Assembly: GCA_963744145.1 (NCBI GenBank)
Contig: CAVUSO010000001.1
Location: forward strand, 864,001 to 928,000
Reading direction: 5' to 3'
From: an uncultured cyanobacterium
GTDB lineage: Bacteria; Cyanobacteriota; Cyanobacteriia; Cyanobacteriales; CAWUOF01
DNA length: 64,000 bases
Part shown: piece by piece, positions 43,672 through 54,559 of the stretch
Layout: every line of letters begins with the position of its first letter
How positions within the stretch are numbered: position 1 is the first letter of the stretch
Notes under the pieces: generated by a model
Told to the model about the DNA's origin: nothing
Seen by the model: only the letters and a program-made list of their open reading frames with translations
Databases searched by the model: none
Position numbers and translations under genes: made by a program

Positions 43672-44550
43672 ATGTCCATTGATAACCTATGTAAACTCAT
43701 CGCCGAAAAATATCCAGCTGCTTTTGCCACTTGGATTTTAGGTGAATCGCAGCCGAGCGTGCAAGTTTTAAAAACCGAACTGAGTATCGAACCAATCCGA
43801 GCCGATTCCGTGATCTTGCTGGAAACCACAGACCGGATCTTACATCTAGAATTCCAGGTGAGACTAGAATCCGAGCCACCATTACCATTAAGAATGCTAG
43901 ACTACTGGGTCAGGCTATATCGGTTATACCGCAAACCAATCATCCAAGTCATAATTTTATTACTACCACCCAGAGAAGGAACAGTAATAGAAACGGCATT
44001 TGTGTTCGGAACAACTTACCATGAGTATCGGGTAATTCGACTGTGGGAAGAAGACCCAAAGATATTTCTGTCTGATCTAGCACTACTACCCTTAGCAGCA
44101 TTAAGCGCCACATCTCAACCAGAACAGTTGCTAGCACAAGTGGCACAACGAGTGGATAGAATAGAATCAGTTACAGAGCAGCGAGAAGTATCCGCATATA
44201 TCCAAATCTTGGCGGGATTAAAGTTTAATCAACAAATTTTGCATCGATTATTTCAGGAGAATGCCATGCGAGAATCAGTAATTTATCAGGAGATTTTGCA
44301 GGTCGGTCGAGCAGAAGGACGACAAGAAGGACTACTGGAAGGACAACGGTCAGGACAACAAGAAGGACGTTTGCAGGAACGACGCTTATTGGTAGAGAAT
44401 TTGCTGCGGATTCGGTTTGGCTCTTTAGAACCAGAACTGGCTCAGATGATTGAACCAATGATTCAGTTATCAACCGATGAGTTAGTTCCCTTACTCTATC
44501 AATTATCTCAGACTGAACTTTTGGCCAGATTTACTCCCCATCATAATTAA
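43672..44550 (+). CDS. Rpn-family nuclease copy 5 (6 repeats)
   Basis: As copy 1. Confidence 0.88.
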   Translation: MSIDNLCKLIAEKYPAAFATWILGESQPSVQVLKTELSIEPIRADSVILLETTDRILHLEFQVRLESEPPLPLRMLDYWVRLYRLYRKPIIQVIILLLPPREGTVIETAFVFGTTYHEYRVIRLWEEDPKIFLSDLALLPLAALSATSQPEQLLAQVAQRVDRIESVTEQREVSAYIQILAGLKFNQQILHRLFQENAMRESVIYQEILQVGRAEGRQEGLLEGQRSGQQEGRLQERRLLVENLLRIRFGSLEPELAQMIEPMIQLSTDELVPLLYQLSQTELLARFTPHHN

Positions 44551-44577
44551 GCCAATTTCCCCCCTGGCGATCGGTCA

Positions 44578-44961
44578 TTATGCTATTAACTCAATTGCTT
44601 CTTTTAAAACTTGATGAATGGTAGGTCTCTGGGTCGCAATCACGTCATTAGGTAAGTGCTTATGGTGTGGAAAATTAGGCAAATTTGGAAAATGAGGTGT
44701 ACTATCGTAGCGAAAAATAAGTTGATTTTGTTCGTTCTGAAAATGATAGCGGTAATCGAGAAATTTTAATTGATTGTCTACTACTAGGATCGCTTCATTA
44801 ATTTCTAATAGATGGGTCTGATTAAAACGCAATCTAATTCTGAGATTAGCCCGCTTTAGCTCTAAAATTTCTTCCTCATAGTGTTCAACATCAACATTGC
44901 TACATCGTTGAATTACCTGCTCAATTTGATCTAAATAATCAGATAAAATATTAAGCAGCAT
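44578..44961 (-). CDS. DUF6516/TumE-like toxin
   Basis: YRYHFQ...LIFRYDSTPHFP...FPHHKH motif. Confidence 0.75.
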   Translation of the reverse strand: MLLNILSDYLDQIEQVIQRCSNVDVEHYEEEILELKRANLRIRLRFNQTHLLEINEAILVVDNQLKFLDYRYHFQNEQNQLIFRYDSTPHFPNLPNFPHHKHLPNDVIATQRPTIHQVLKEAIELIA

Positions 44962-45182
44962 AATTCAATCGCTGCGCTAGTTCCTGATGCAAAGCCAGAT
45001 AATGTCGATAGTCATTTGCCCATTCTATAAATAGGACATCATCGGCTAATAATCCCTGATTATATTTGGTCAAGAATTCTGCTGAGTCCATTTTTGCCTG
45101 GTTCTCATACAAACTGAGTCTTTTAGCGACTGCAACTAAGGCTGTCTAATGGTGATGTATATTTAATCGTCTTTTTACGCAT
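44951..45182 (-). pseudogene. TumA-like antitoxin with a +1 frameshift
   Basis: Reads MRKKTIKYTSPLD, then one extra base (~45143), then ALVAVAKRLSLYENQAKMDSAEF...FIEWANDYRHY...YAA*. Length 232 nt = 77 codons + 1; overlaps the toxin start. Confidence 0.7.
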
Positions 45183-45473
45183 TAGATTTTTCTATTTGTA
45201 AGGGATTGATCTTGGGTTACATATTTATTTAGATTTTAGCAAATTGATCTTAATTCTGATCGGCGAACCGCTTGACTACGAACCACTAGCGCTCAAAATA
45301 CGGGAAAAACTCAGATGGCGATCGCCCCAGAGATGACCAGAAAAATGAGGAATTTGGGAAAAAGGTGGTGTGAGCGATCGGCATCTTGCCTGTCCATCAA
45401 TTGATCGAATGAGACTTTAATGTCTATATTGGTCTATATTAGTCTACTTATTAATCTCAGACAGCAAAAACTT

Positions 45474-46292
45474 ATGGTTTGGCCATTTAATTCTAAGTTT
45501 CGTAAACAAATTGGGCGGATTGAAATTACTGGTATAATTGCTGGAGCTACTCGCAAACGGGTAATCGAAGCTCTCAAAAAAGTTGAAGAACGGAAATTTC
45601 CAGCTTTATTACTACGAATTGACAGTCCTGGTGGTACAGTAGGGGATTCCCAAGAAATTTATAGTGCATTAAAGCGACTCAGGGAAAAAATCAAAATAGT
45701 TGCTAGTTTTGGCAATATTTCCGCATCTGGAGGTGTTTACATCGGTATGGGTGCAGAATATATTATGGCCAATCCCGGGACAATTACTGGTAGTATTGGG
45801 GTAATTTTGCGGGGAAATAACCTAGAACGGCTCCTCGAAAAAATTGGAATTTCATTTAAAGTGATTAAATCCGGTCCATACAAAGATATTTTGGCTTTTG
45901 ATCGAGAGTTAACTGATCCAGAAAAAGATATCCTCCAACAATTAATCGATACCAGTTATCAGCAATTTGTGCAAACTGTAGCGGAAGGACGAAAGTTAGC
46001 GATCGATACAGTCAAGAGTTTTGCAGATGGAAGGATTTTTACGGGTGAGCAAGCTGTCGGCTTAGGAATTGTGGATCGACTGGGTACAGAAGAAGAAGCA
46101 CGTCGTTGGACTTGCGAATTAGTTGGTCTTGACCCAGAAAAGACTCGCTGCATTAATATTGAAGAGCGTAAACTTTCGTTCAATCGTTTACTTGGTAGTA
46201 ATCGGACTGGAACGGGACTGTTAGCTGCCAAAAATTGGGTGGAGTTTGAATTGTCAACGAGTGGTTTACCACTATGGTTGTATCGTCCTTAA
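45474..46292 (+). CDS. sppA: Signal peptide peptidase SppA (short, S49)
   Basis: IDSPGG, SASGGVY, TGSIGV and KSGPYKD; ATG at 45474 preferred. Confidence 0.9.
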   Translation: MVWPFNSKFRKQIGRIEITGIIAGATRKRVIEALKKVEERKFPALLLRIDSPGGTVGDSQEIYSALKRLREKIKIVASFGNISASGGVYIGMGAEYIMANPGTITGSIGVILRGNNLERLLEKIGISFKVIKSGPYKDILAFDRELTDPEKDILQQLIDTSYQQFVQTVAEGRKLAIDTVKSFADGRIFTGEQAVGLGIVDRLGTEEEARRWTCELVGLDPEKTRCINIEERKLSFNRLLGSNRTGTGLLAAKNWVEFELSTSGLPLWLYRP

Positions 46293-46409
46293 TTTGCCAG
46301 TTAGTCAGTTATGAGAAGATAAATTAATCAATCTCGGTTGAAAAATTTATCTTCTGATTGACATGGAAAATTCAAAATAGAATAGCGGAAAGCTGAGTGC
46401 TATAGATAA

Positions 46410-46808
46410 ATGGAGGATTTAAGCGTGGAGTGGAGAGTTCGGGCAATTCGTGGTGCCACAACCGTCTCAGAAAATTCGGTAGCAGCGATTCAGGAAGCGG
46501 TGACGGAACTGTTAGATGTGCTAGAAGAAAAAAATCAGTTACATCCGACCCAAATGATTAGTGTGACTTTTTCGGTTACTCGCGATCTAGATGTAATTTT
46601 TCCCGCAGCGATCGCTCGTCAACGTCCGCTCTGGGATCATGTGGCGCTATTGGATGTCCAACAAATGCAAGTCGAAGGAGCTTTACCACGCTGCATTCGG
46701 ATTTTAATCCATGTTAATCTCCCGGAAACCCAACTAGAAGTTTACCATCCCTATTTACGTGGAGCCAAAATTTTACGTCCCGATCGGATTGGCTCAGAAT
46801 TTTCTTGA
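46410..46808 (+). CDS. aroH: Chorismate mutase, AroH class
   Basis: VRAIRGATT, FPAAIAR, LPRCIR and YLRGAKILRPD. Confidence 0.92.
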   Translation: MEDLSVEWRVRAIRGATTVSENSVAAIQEAVTELLDVLEEKNQLHPTQMISVTFSVTRDLDVIFPAAIARQRPLWDHVALLDVQQMQVEGALPRCIRILIHVNLPETQLEVYHPYLRGAKILRPDRIGSEFS

Positions 46809-46862
46809 GGAAAATATCATGAATCAACATCGGTAAATTGTAAATTATTTGATTGACTTGCA

Positions 46863-47471
46863 ATGAATCCAGCACCAGAAATCCAACGCTTGTTAGAGCT
46901 AATGCCCGCATCGGGCCGGATGTTGACTAAAATTATCAGCAAACCAGAACAACATCAGGTGATTTCTAGTCCATTTCCCTTACCTTGGGCTAAAGAAAGA
47001 CCGATTTTGATCAATTTTGACCTCTGGAAACAAATACCTAAACCACAACGGGATCTAATTATGCTTCGGACTGTGGCTTGGTTAATTGGGATTAAGTGGT
47101 TGAAACTAGATCTATATCAAGGAATAGTTTTAGCTGGACTGTTGGGTGGATTAGTCGAATTAGTCCAAGGAGATCCGGTGGGTGTAGTTGTCGCGGGAGG
47201 ATTGAGTGCGATCGCGGGTAATCAAATTTGGCGTTCTCATCGACGCTCGCAGTCTGAACTAGAAGCAGATGAAGCGGCGATCGTAATTGCCCAGCGACGC
47301 GGTTATAATGAAACTGAAGCTGCGGCTCATTTACTCAAAGCAATTGAATCGATCGCCAAAGTTGAAGAACGTTTAAGTTTAAACTTTACTGAATTAATTC
47401 GTTGCCAAAATTTACGGGCGATCGCCAATATTTCTCCAGTTGGTATTCCCGAACATCTCAAAAAAGAATAA
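46863..47471 (+). CDS. DUF3318-like membrane protein
   Basis: LMPASGRM...ELIRCQNLRAIA conserved cyanobacterial pattern. Confidence 0.7.
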   Translation: MNPAPEIQRLLELMPASGRMLTKIISKPEQHQVISSPFPLPWAKERPILINFDLWKQIPKPQRDLIMLRTVAWLIGIKWLKLDLYQGIVLAGLLGGLVELVQGDPVGVVVAGGLSAIAGNQIWRSHRRSQSELEADEAAIVIAQRRGYNETEAAAHLLKAIESIAKVEERLSLNFTELIRCQNLRAIANISPVGIPEHLKKE

Positions 47472-47476
47472 ATTCC

Positions 47477-49223
47477 TTATTGGCACCGATAAAGCTGGTA
47501 TTGATAACCATTTACTGATGCAGTTGAACTCAAATCAGCTAAACAATTTTGGTGCTTAAAATCTACCTGACCATGAAAATTTACCAGCCATAAATCAAAA
47601 GGACGAGAGATTTGACTCAGGTTTTTTTCTAATGTCATGACTGGGATTTTATCGTCATTGTTTTGATGAGCTAAAAGAAACATTGGGAACGAGTTATTAG
47701 TAACAGAAGTTTCTCTCATTTTAAATTCCCAAGCTAAACCCATTAATTCTCCTGTTTGGACATGGGTTTTATGAGTAGTAGCAATTAATACTGGTACTGT
47801 TGATCTAGTCTGAATAATCGGTACTAAAAGATCCGGACGATAGTATTTCTGATAACCCAGATTTGATACTACAGTGATAGCACTAGCTAAACCCATGAGC
47901 CAAATAATTGCGATCGCACGTTTTTTCTGGATGAATAATCCAGGATAAATAAGGATTTTGTTTTGATTTAGCGATCGGTAGCAAATTAGGTTTTTCTTGA
48001 CTCCAAATTTCAGCAAGACTCGCGCTAATTAAAATAATTATAGCTGGAAAATAAACAAAATTATAACGGGCTCCACGGGTAAGATCAATCCCAAGAATGT
48101 AGGTGAAAAAGAAAAATATCCCTACTGAAATAAATCCAATTCCAGCAAATACTTCTATATACAGTCGATTGCGGAATTTTTGGTATTGAGATTTTAATCC
48201 TTTATTCAGAATTGGTAATACCCATAAGAAAAAAATCGCCATCACGACAATAGAAATAATCGCAATTACTAAATTAGGTGATTCGATCGGTAACAAAAAT
48301 AACATCGTAATCCACGCTGCAAAAGCTTGGAAAAATGGACTAATCCAACCTATTCCACTACGCTCATTCAGATAAATCCATTGAACTAATTGCAGATCAT
48401 AGCTATTTTTCCAGATGGGAATCCAAATTAAACATCCCACTAAAGTACCAGTAGCAACAGCGATTAAACGTAGGAATATGATCGATTTTAACGGAAAACG
48501 CCAGCAAAAAATTAGTAAAACAATTCCTTCTGCTAAAATAGTAAATATAAAAAAGTAGTGAACAGCAACACCTAAACTATTAACTAAAATCCAACTTAAA
48601 CCTACCCAAATTGATAGGGAATTATGCTGATAAATACTTCTAATTGCCATAACTAAACAGCTTAGAGAAGCGATTACCAATAAAATTCCCAATGTGTAAT
48701 GACGCGCTTCCTGTGCTAGATAGATTCCATAGGGAGAAACAGCAGCGATCGCAGCAGCAATTTGACCTACTAATCGCGATCGAAAAGCTAACCAACCTAA
48801 TCCATACATCGCTGGAATTGATGCTGCACCAAATAGGGCACTTAGCGATCGGGCAATCCAAAGGACGGTTAATTTTCCTGGGATCGGAAAAAGTTTCATC
48901 CACCAATGAGCCAGAATAAAATAAACTGGTGGATGGTTACTTTCATGGAATAAATTATAAATTACATCGCCAATCCCTGTCTTGTTAAATTCTGGTTGTA
49001 ATGGTTGTAAAAGTACATCAATTCCGATCGCTTGATCTAGTGGAATCTGCTCGAAGCTATTTCCTAAACTAAAAACGATCGTGGAAAATTCATCTGTCCA
49101 TGGTGATTTTGATGCTAGATCTGTAAACCGCAGACCTATACCAATTAATAACCAGATTAACACTAAGAGGAAGTGCCGATCGCACATCCCGGAAATCTGG
49201 AGTGTTTGGGGTAGCGATCGCAT
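47477..49223 (-). pseudogene. GT-C/family 39 glycosyltransferase split by a frameshift
   Basis: ORF 47883-49223 (WTDE, SNHPPVYF, QEARHY) overlaps ORF 47477-48016, which carries the C-terminus (GYQKYYRPD). The shift is probably near the A6 run at 47921-47926. Confidence 0.7.
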
Positions 49224-49242
49224 TTTCCGGACTACTAAGATC

Positions 49243-49962
49243 TTAATGGCTTAACGGAACTGTATTAGCTTCTAAATAGGTTAATTCCGAGTGTTCCGCT
49301 ACTAAATCTGCTCTTCCACAATCCCAAGAAGAGATTGATTGGGAATCTAAGAGAATAAATTGTCCTTGCTTAGGACAAAAAGAAAAAACTTCTCCCGTTT
49401 GAATCTCGTAAATCCAAGCATGGATATGTAATTTGTTAGAACTTAATTTAGAGCGAATCACTGGATAAGTCCGCAGATTTTCGATTTGGGTCAGCACATT
49501 TTCCTGAATTGTGATATTTAATAACTTTGTGCCAGTATAGGAAGAGTAATTTTCCTTAATCACTCGACGAGTAGCTTCTGCTTGTTTTAACCATCCATAA
49601 ACTGAGGGCATTTCTTCTGCTAAATTGTTACCTAGATGTAATAGTCCTTTAATTGCACCACAGTCAGAATGTCCACAAACTATAATATTTTCAATCTCTA
49701 ACGCATGAATCGCATATTCGATCGCTGCTGCTTCTCCTCCATTGGTAGCATTATAAGGAGGAATGATGTTACCCACATTACGCATAATAAACAATTCTCC
49801 CGGCTCAGTTTGGGTAATTAGGTGAGGGTTAATCCGGGAGTCGGAGCAGGTAATAAACAAAGCTCGGGGATGCTGACCTAGGGAAAGTCGGGCAAATAGC
49901 TCTCGATGCGTAGTGAAATACTCACTTTGGAATTGGTGCAGACCTTCTATTAATCGCTCCAT
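49243..49962 (-). CDS. Beta-class carbonic anhydrase
   Basis: Zinc ligands in CSDSR and CGHSDCGA; RNVGN. Confidence 0.93.
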   Translation of the reverse strand: MERLIEGLHQFQSEYFTTHRELFARLSLGQHPRALFITCSDSRINPHLITQTEPGELFIMRNVGNIIPPYNATNGGEAAAIEYAIHALEIENIIVCGHSDCGAIKGLLHLGNNLAEEMPSVYGWLKQAEATRRVIKENYSSYTGTKLLNITIQENVLTQIENLRTYPVIRSKLSSNKLHIHAWIYEIQTGEVFSFCPKQGQFILLDSQSISSWDCGRADLVAEHSELTYLEANTVPLSH

Positions 49963-50205
49963 TAATCACATCCTTACATATTTATGCACTAAAATACTAG
50001 ATTCCCTACTATAGTACATAAATCCCTGGAATGTAAAATGCTAATAAAACAACCTATGCAATTTTTGAATGGATTGTATACAATATCTACATAATTTTTA
50101 ATCAAGGGAATAATCACGGACGCCTTTGCCTAATAGTACATAAATTTCCCCAATCGCGAAACTAGATGTTATAAATCTTAACTAACTCTGCGTCAAAAAC
50201 CAAAG

Positions 50206-52416
50206 TCAATTTTTCCCAAAGTTACTTTTCTTTTGGATTCTGTCGTTACTATGAGACGGTGCTGGAGATTTCAACGATAAACTGATGCGGTTTAATTTCT
50301 CATTCACTTCAATAACTCGGACTTTAACCACCTGTCCCACCTTAACAATTTTTTTCGGATCTTCAACAAAGCGATCGGACATTTGCGAAATATGGACTAA
50401 CCCGTCCTGATGGACACCAATATCAACAAAAGCACCAAAATTAGCAACATTGGTGACAACTCCTTCCAATTCCATCCCGACTTTCACATCCGTGATTTCC
50501 TTAATACCGACTGTAAAAGTAGCATACTTAAATTGAGCGCGAGGATCTCTTCCTGGTTTTTCTAATTCAGCGATAATATCACGCAGGGTTAGTTCTCCCA
50601 CTTGCTCAGTCACATATTTTTTGAGGTTGACTGACTTGAGTTGAGTCCCAACTTGAACAATCTGTGCTAAGGGAATAGCTAAATCCTTAGCGATCGCTTC
50701 TACCACAAAATAGCTTTCTGGATGTACAGCAGTATTATCAAGGGGATGATTACCACCACGAATTCTCAGAAAACCTGCTGCTTGCTCGAAGGATTTTGGA
50801 CCTAATTTGGGTACTTTGAGCAATTCACGACGATTTTTAAAAGCCCCGTTTTCATTACGATAGGTAATAATATTTTTAGCAATATTAGCACTCATCCCCG
50901 CGACAAAAGTTAGTAATTCTTTAGAAGCAGTATTCAAATCTACCCCCACATAATTAACACAACTTTCGACAGTTTCATCCAGTTTCTTTTTCAAGAGTTT
51001 TTGATCCACATCATGCTGATATTGTCCCACACCAATTGATTTTGGATCGATTTTGACCAGTTCTGCTAAAGGATCTTGTAAACGTCTTCCAATACTAATT
51101 GCTCCTCGAACAGTAATATCCAGATTAGGAAACTCCGCGATCGCAACATCAGAAGCTGAATAAATCGAAGCACCTGACTCATTAACAATTACTTTAATTG
51201 GTTGACGATTTAAGGTAGTCAGCACTTCACCAATAAATTCATCTGTCTCACGGGAAGCAGTACCATTACCAATTGCAATTAACTCGATCTGATATTTTTC
51301 TACTAATTTCTGAATTGTCTGAGCAGCTTGCTGACGTTGGGTGGTAGATTGGTGGGGAAAGATTGCTTGATATTCTAAAAATTGCCCGGTTTCATCTAAA
51401 ACTGCGACTTTACAACCTGTCCGAAAACCCGGATCGATCGCTAAGGTTGGTTTCATTCCTGCTGGTGGTGATAGTAACAGTTCGCGTAAATTACTTTCAA
51501 AAGTTTTAATAGATTCTAGATCAGCGAATGCTTTCCGATCGGCTCGAACTGCGGTAATTAAAGAATTTTTGATTAACCGATTAAAACTATCTTTCAACAT
51601 CCCTCGATAAAAGTCTCGCACCACTGGAATTTTGGTTTTAATCTCCTGAGATTCCAAGTAAGATATTACTATTGACTCATCAAAAGAAAGCTCTAAATTC
51701 AGAATTCCCTCTTCTTCACCTCTCAAAATTGCTAGTAAGTTGTGAGGAGCGATATTTTTCACAGCAACTTGAAAATTGCGATACATCTCAAATTTAGTGC
51801 TTCCTTCCGGATAATCATCTTTAATCCGGGCAACAAATACTCCTTCTTTTAGGAAAAAATCTCGCAAAAAAGCCCGTAAATTAGATTTTTCTGATACTTC
51901 TTCTGCTAAAATATCTGCGGCACCTTTGAGAGCATCTTCCGCACTATTAACTCCTTTTTCCTCTGCAATATATTGACTAGCTAATGGTTCTAGTAAGATT
52001 GGAACTGCATCAGGAACATTCAGAGACTTAATCATTTCTGCTAGTGGTTCTAAACCTTTTTCTCTAGCAATAGTTGCGCGAGTGCGTCGTTTTGGTTTAT
52101 AAGGTAAATAAAGGTCTTCCAGCTCATTTTTTTGGTGACAAGATTCAATTTTATCCTGAAGTTCCTCCGTCAGTTTTCCCAGGGACGCGATCGCATTTTT
52201 AATCGTTGTTTTCCGTTCTTCTAATTCACTCAAATAGGTAAATCGTTCCGCAATATTTCGTAATTGAATTTCATCAAGTCCATTGGTTCGTTCTTTTCGG
52301 TAACGAGCAATAAACGGAATAGTTGCACCCTCGGTAAATAATTCTAAAGCATTCTGTACCTGGGTCAGATAAAGAGAAAGTTCTTGAGCAATCAATTGGG
52401 GAATATTTAGAGTCAT
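50206..52416 (-). CDS. tex: Tex-family RNA-binding transcription accessory protein
   Basis: PFIARYRKE, DPGFRTGCK, IGVGQYQHD and a C-terminal S1 domain. Confidence 0.93.
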   Translation of the reverse strand: MTLNIPQLIAQELSLYLTQVQNALELFTEGATIPFIARYRKERTNGLDEIQLRNIAERFTYLSELEERKTTIKNAIASLGKLTEELQDKIESCHQKNELEDLYLPYKPKRRTRATIAREKGLEPLAEMIKSLNVPDAVPILLEPLASQYIAEEKGVNSAEDALKGAADILAEEVSEKSNLRAFLRDFFLKEGVFVARIKDDYPEGSTKFEMYRNFQVAVKNIAPHNLLAILRGEEEGILNLELSFDESIVISYLESQEIKTKIPVVRDFYRGMLKDSFNRLIKNSLITAVRADRKAFADLESIKTFESNLRELLLSPPAGMKPTLAIDPGFRTGCKVAVLDETGQFLEYQAIFPHQSTTQRQQAAQTIQKLVEKYQIELIAIGNGTASRETDEFIGEVLTTLNRQPIKVIVNESGASIYSASDVAIAEFPNLDITVRGAISIGRRLQDPLAELVKIDPKSIGVGQYQHDVDQKLLKKKLDETVESCVNYVGVDLNTASKELLTFVAGMSANIAKNIITYRNENGAFKNRRELLKVPKLGPKSFEQAAGFLRIRGGNHPLDNTAVHPESYFVVEAIAKDLAIPLAQIVQVGTQLKSVNLKKYVTEQVGELTLRDIIAELEKPGRDPRAQFKYATFTVGIKEITDVKVGMELEGVVTNVANFGAFVDIGVHQDGLVHISQMSDRFVEDPKKIVKVGQVVKVRVIEVNEKLNRISLSLKSPAPSHSNDRIQKKSNFGKN

Positions 52417-52423
52417 AACTATT

Positions 52424-54559
52424 TTATTGGAGACAAAAAGGATAAGTTAACCCAGCAGAATGGTAAGGATTCTGAACTATTAATACTACCTGACCTTGAG
52501 CATTTAATTTCCATCCTTGAGCTTCGATAATTTTAGTAGGAAGAGTAGATAATTTTGGTTGGTCTTTAGTTGGGATAACTTCTGACTGAGCGATCGCACC
52601 CCAATTTACCAAGATCGACTCACTATTGAGGAAATTTTCTGGAGGAGAAGGTAATCCTCCCTTACCAACCAGGGAAAAACTATTTCCTTCTTGTAAAGCT
52701 CGACAACGAGGAGTAATCAGATTGCTCGTATTGATCACAACCGGAGGAGAAACGTCAGGAGTTGGTACATCCACCACCCCTTCCACCTTAGTTGAACCAC
52801 TAGCAGTAATTTCACTATCACTAGAGAGAAAAAATCCTTGAGTATTCAACTGAATATTAGCACCAAGACCACCCAGAGCATTAGCGACAAGTTCGCTGTT
52901 TTCCAGAGCTACAAATGTAGTGGTATCAATATTGATATTACCTTCTAATGCTGTACTGAGAGAATAAGCATAAGCATGAGCATGATGACGTAGCTGTAAA
53001 TTTTGCGATCGCACATTAATATTTCCTCCTTGACCATTTTGCGATAGCGCCGAAATGATAACATTATCATCAAACAAAATGTTATGACCGGTCAGAAATA
53101 TATTACCAGCTTTACCTGAACCTGTACTAGCAACACTCACTACTGCACCATCACGCACCACTAATTTATCTGTAGTAACTTCCAGATTACCTGCTGTTGC
53201 TGTTTCTCCACTGGTCGCAAATAACCCACTGATAAATTTTCCATCAGCAGATTGACCAATGACCTGGACTGAATCAGTAGCATTGATATTTAAAGTTCCT
53301 GCTGTACCTTCACTAAATGCACCAACGATAATCTCTGCTCCATCTCGGACAAGTAACTGTTTAGTTTTAATACTTAAATCACCGCTTTTTCCTGAACCAC
53401 TATTACTATTAATCAAAGCAGTAGTATTTTCACCATTAGCAGCAGCACCAATTAACTGGACTGAATCTGTAGCATTTATGGTTAAATTTCCTCCTGCTCC
53501 CGATCCCGAAGTTCCAGTAACAATCTCTGCTCCACCCGAGAGTAATAATTTCCCAGTTTGAATCTGTAAATTTCCCGCGTTACCGCTTCCATCAGTTCCT
53601 GATAAAAAAATGGAAGGATTCAAACCATCCCTAGATGTACCAATTACTTGGATCGAATTAGTAGCATTAATTTTTAAACTTCCTCCTGCTCCTGTTGCTT
53701 CAACTTCGGAACCATCGGTCAGACTCAAAGTTTTACTTTGAATCGCAATTTCACCACCCCGATCGCTACTGGTATTAACTTTAGCACTACTACTTAATTG
53801 GATATTACCAAAGGTGGAGAGATTGGGATAACTGATTTCCCATCCCGTTGTGATTGGTGTTAAGCTAATCAGATCAGGACTTTGAACACTTCCTAGCTCA
53901 ATTCTTCCTCCGGGTGCAGTTAGCTGACCACTTGGAAGGATCACATCTCCACCTAGTAGAGCTAAGGTTTTCCCCGATGGTACTCCTAATCCTACTACTA
54001 CTCCATTACTATTTGTCGCGATCGATTGGTTGATAATACTCCCTGGATTAGTCCCCAATTGTAATCCGATCGGCATATTTATACTTAGTAAGGGTGGATT
54101 TTCTGGTTGAGTAGCGCTGAATGTTACCCCATCTCCAAATTTGAGACTATTTGCGGTACTTGCTAGGAATGACCCACCAATATTTAGTTGGGCATTAGGT
54201 CCAAAAACTATTCCACTAGGATTGAGTAAAAATAAGTTTGCAGTCCCATTAGTTTGAACTAAACCATCAATATGGGAAGTTAATCCACCTGTAATCCGGG
54301 TAATAATGTTTTGGATTTGTGGAGAATTGTTGAAAAAAGCTGTACTCCCAGAAGAAAGGGAAAATTGACTAAAGCTATGAAATAAGTTAGTCCCTGCTTG
54401 AGTACCACCTTGAATTAAACTGGTGTTACCTTGTTGGGTAATTACTGAATTGATGGGGAGCGTAGTATCTGGGACAATTTGCGCGATCGCTGGTAGCTGT
54501 GCGATCGCAAATAGTAAAGTCCCACCTAAATGCCATTTCTTGAAAAAGCAGGGTTTCAT
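52424..54559 (-). CDS. Filamentous haemagglutinin N-terminal domain exoprotein
   Basis: Signal peptide, AQIVPD, NLFHSFSQF, NPSGIVFG and IIEAQGW. Confidence 0.88.
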   Translation of the reverse strand: MKPCFFKKWHLGGTLLFAIAQLPAIAQIVPDTTLPINSVITQQGNTSLIQGGTQAGTNLFHSFSQFSLSSGSTAFFNNSPQIQNIITRITGGLTSHIDGLVQTNGTANLFLLNPSGIVFGPNAQLNIGGSFLASTANSLKFGDGVTFSATQPENPPLLSINMPIGLQLGTNPGSIINQSIATNSNGVVVGLGVPSGKTLALLGGDVILPSGQLTAPGGRIELGSVQSPDLISLTPITTGWEISYPNLSTFGNIQLSSSAKVNTSSDRGGEIAIQSKTLSLTDGSEVEATGAGGSLKINATNSIQVIGTSRDGLNPSIFLSGTDGSGNAGNLQIQTGKLLLSGGAEIVTGTSGSGAGGNLTINATDSVQLIGAAANGENTTALINSNSGSGKSGDLSIKTKQLLVRDGAEIIVGAFSEGTAGTLNINATDSVQVIGQSADGKFISGLFATSGETATAGNLEVTTDKLVVRDGAVVSVASTGSGKAGNIFLTGHNILFDDNVIISALSQNGQGGNINVRSQNLQLRHHAHAYAYSLSTALEGNINIDTTTFVALENSELVANALGGLGANIQLNTQGFFLSSDSEITASGSTKVEGVVDVPTPDVSPPVVINTSNLITPRCRALQEGNSFSLVGKGGLPSPPENFLNSESILVNWGAIAQSEVIPTKDQPKLSTLPTKIIEAQGWKLNAQGQVVLIVQNPYHSAGLTYPFCLQ

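Larger units (their letters stand above)
38540..44577 (+). repeat. Tandem array of ~1.1-1.2 kb Rpn gene units (5 intact + 1 truncated)
   Basis: Near-identical ORFs and intergenic segments repeated head to tail. Each unit begins with TGTCACTAA, overlapping the FHA stop; the array ends at CCCCTGGCGATCGGTCA. Confidence 0.95.

Noticed and set aside
38638-44473. Repeated antisense ORFs over the Rpn genes (e.g. VVLQ repeats)
   Set aside because: Shadow frames of the repeated gene and its 12-bp tract; no independent RBS or motif evidence.
38540-44577. Rpn units as insertion sequences or a diversity-generating retroelement
   Set aside because: No TIR/TSD around the units, no reverse transcriptase, and variation is in repeat number rather than adenine-specific substitution.
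19999-46808. pheA and aroH as dedicated precursor-supply genes of the furanolide cluster
   Set aside because: They are 6 and 11 kb away in ordinary housekeeping contexts (DUF1997-pheA; sppA-aroH-DUF3318).
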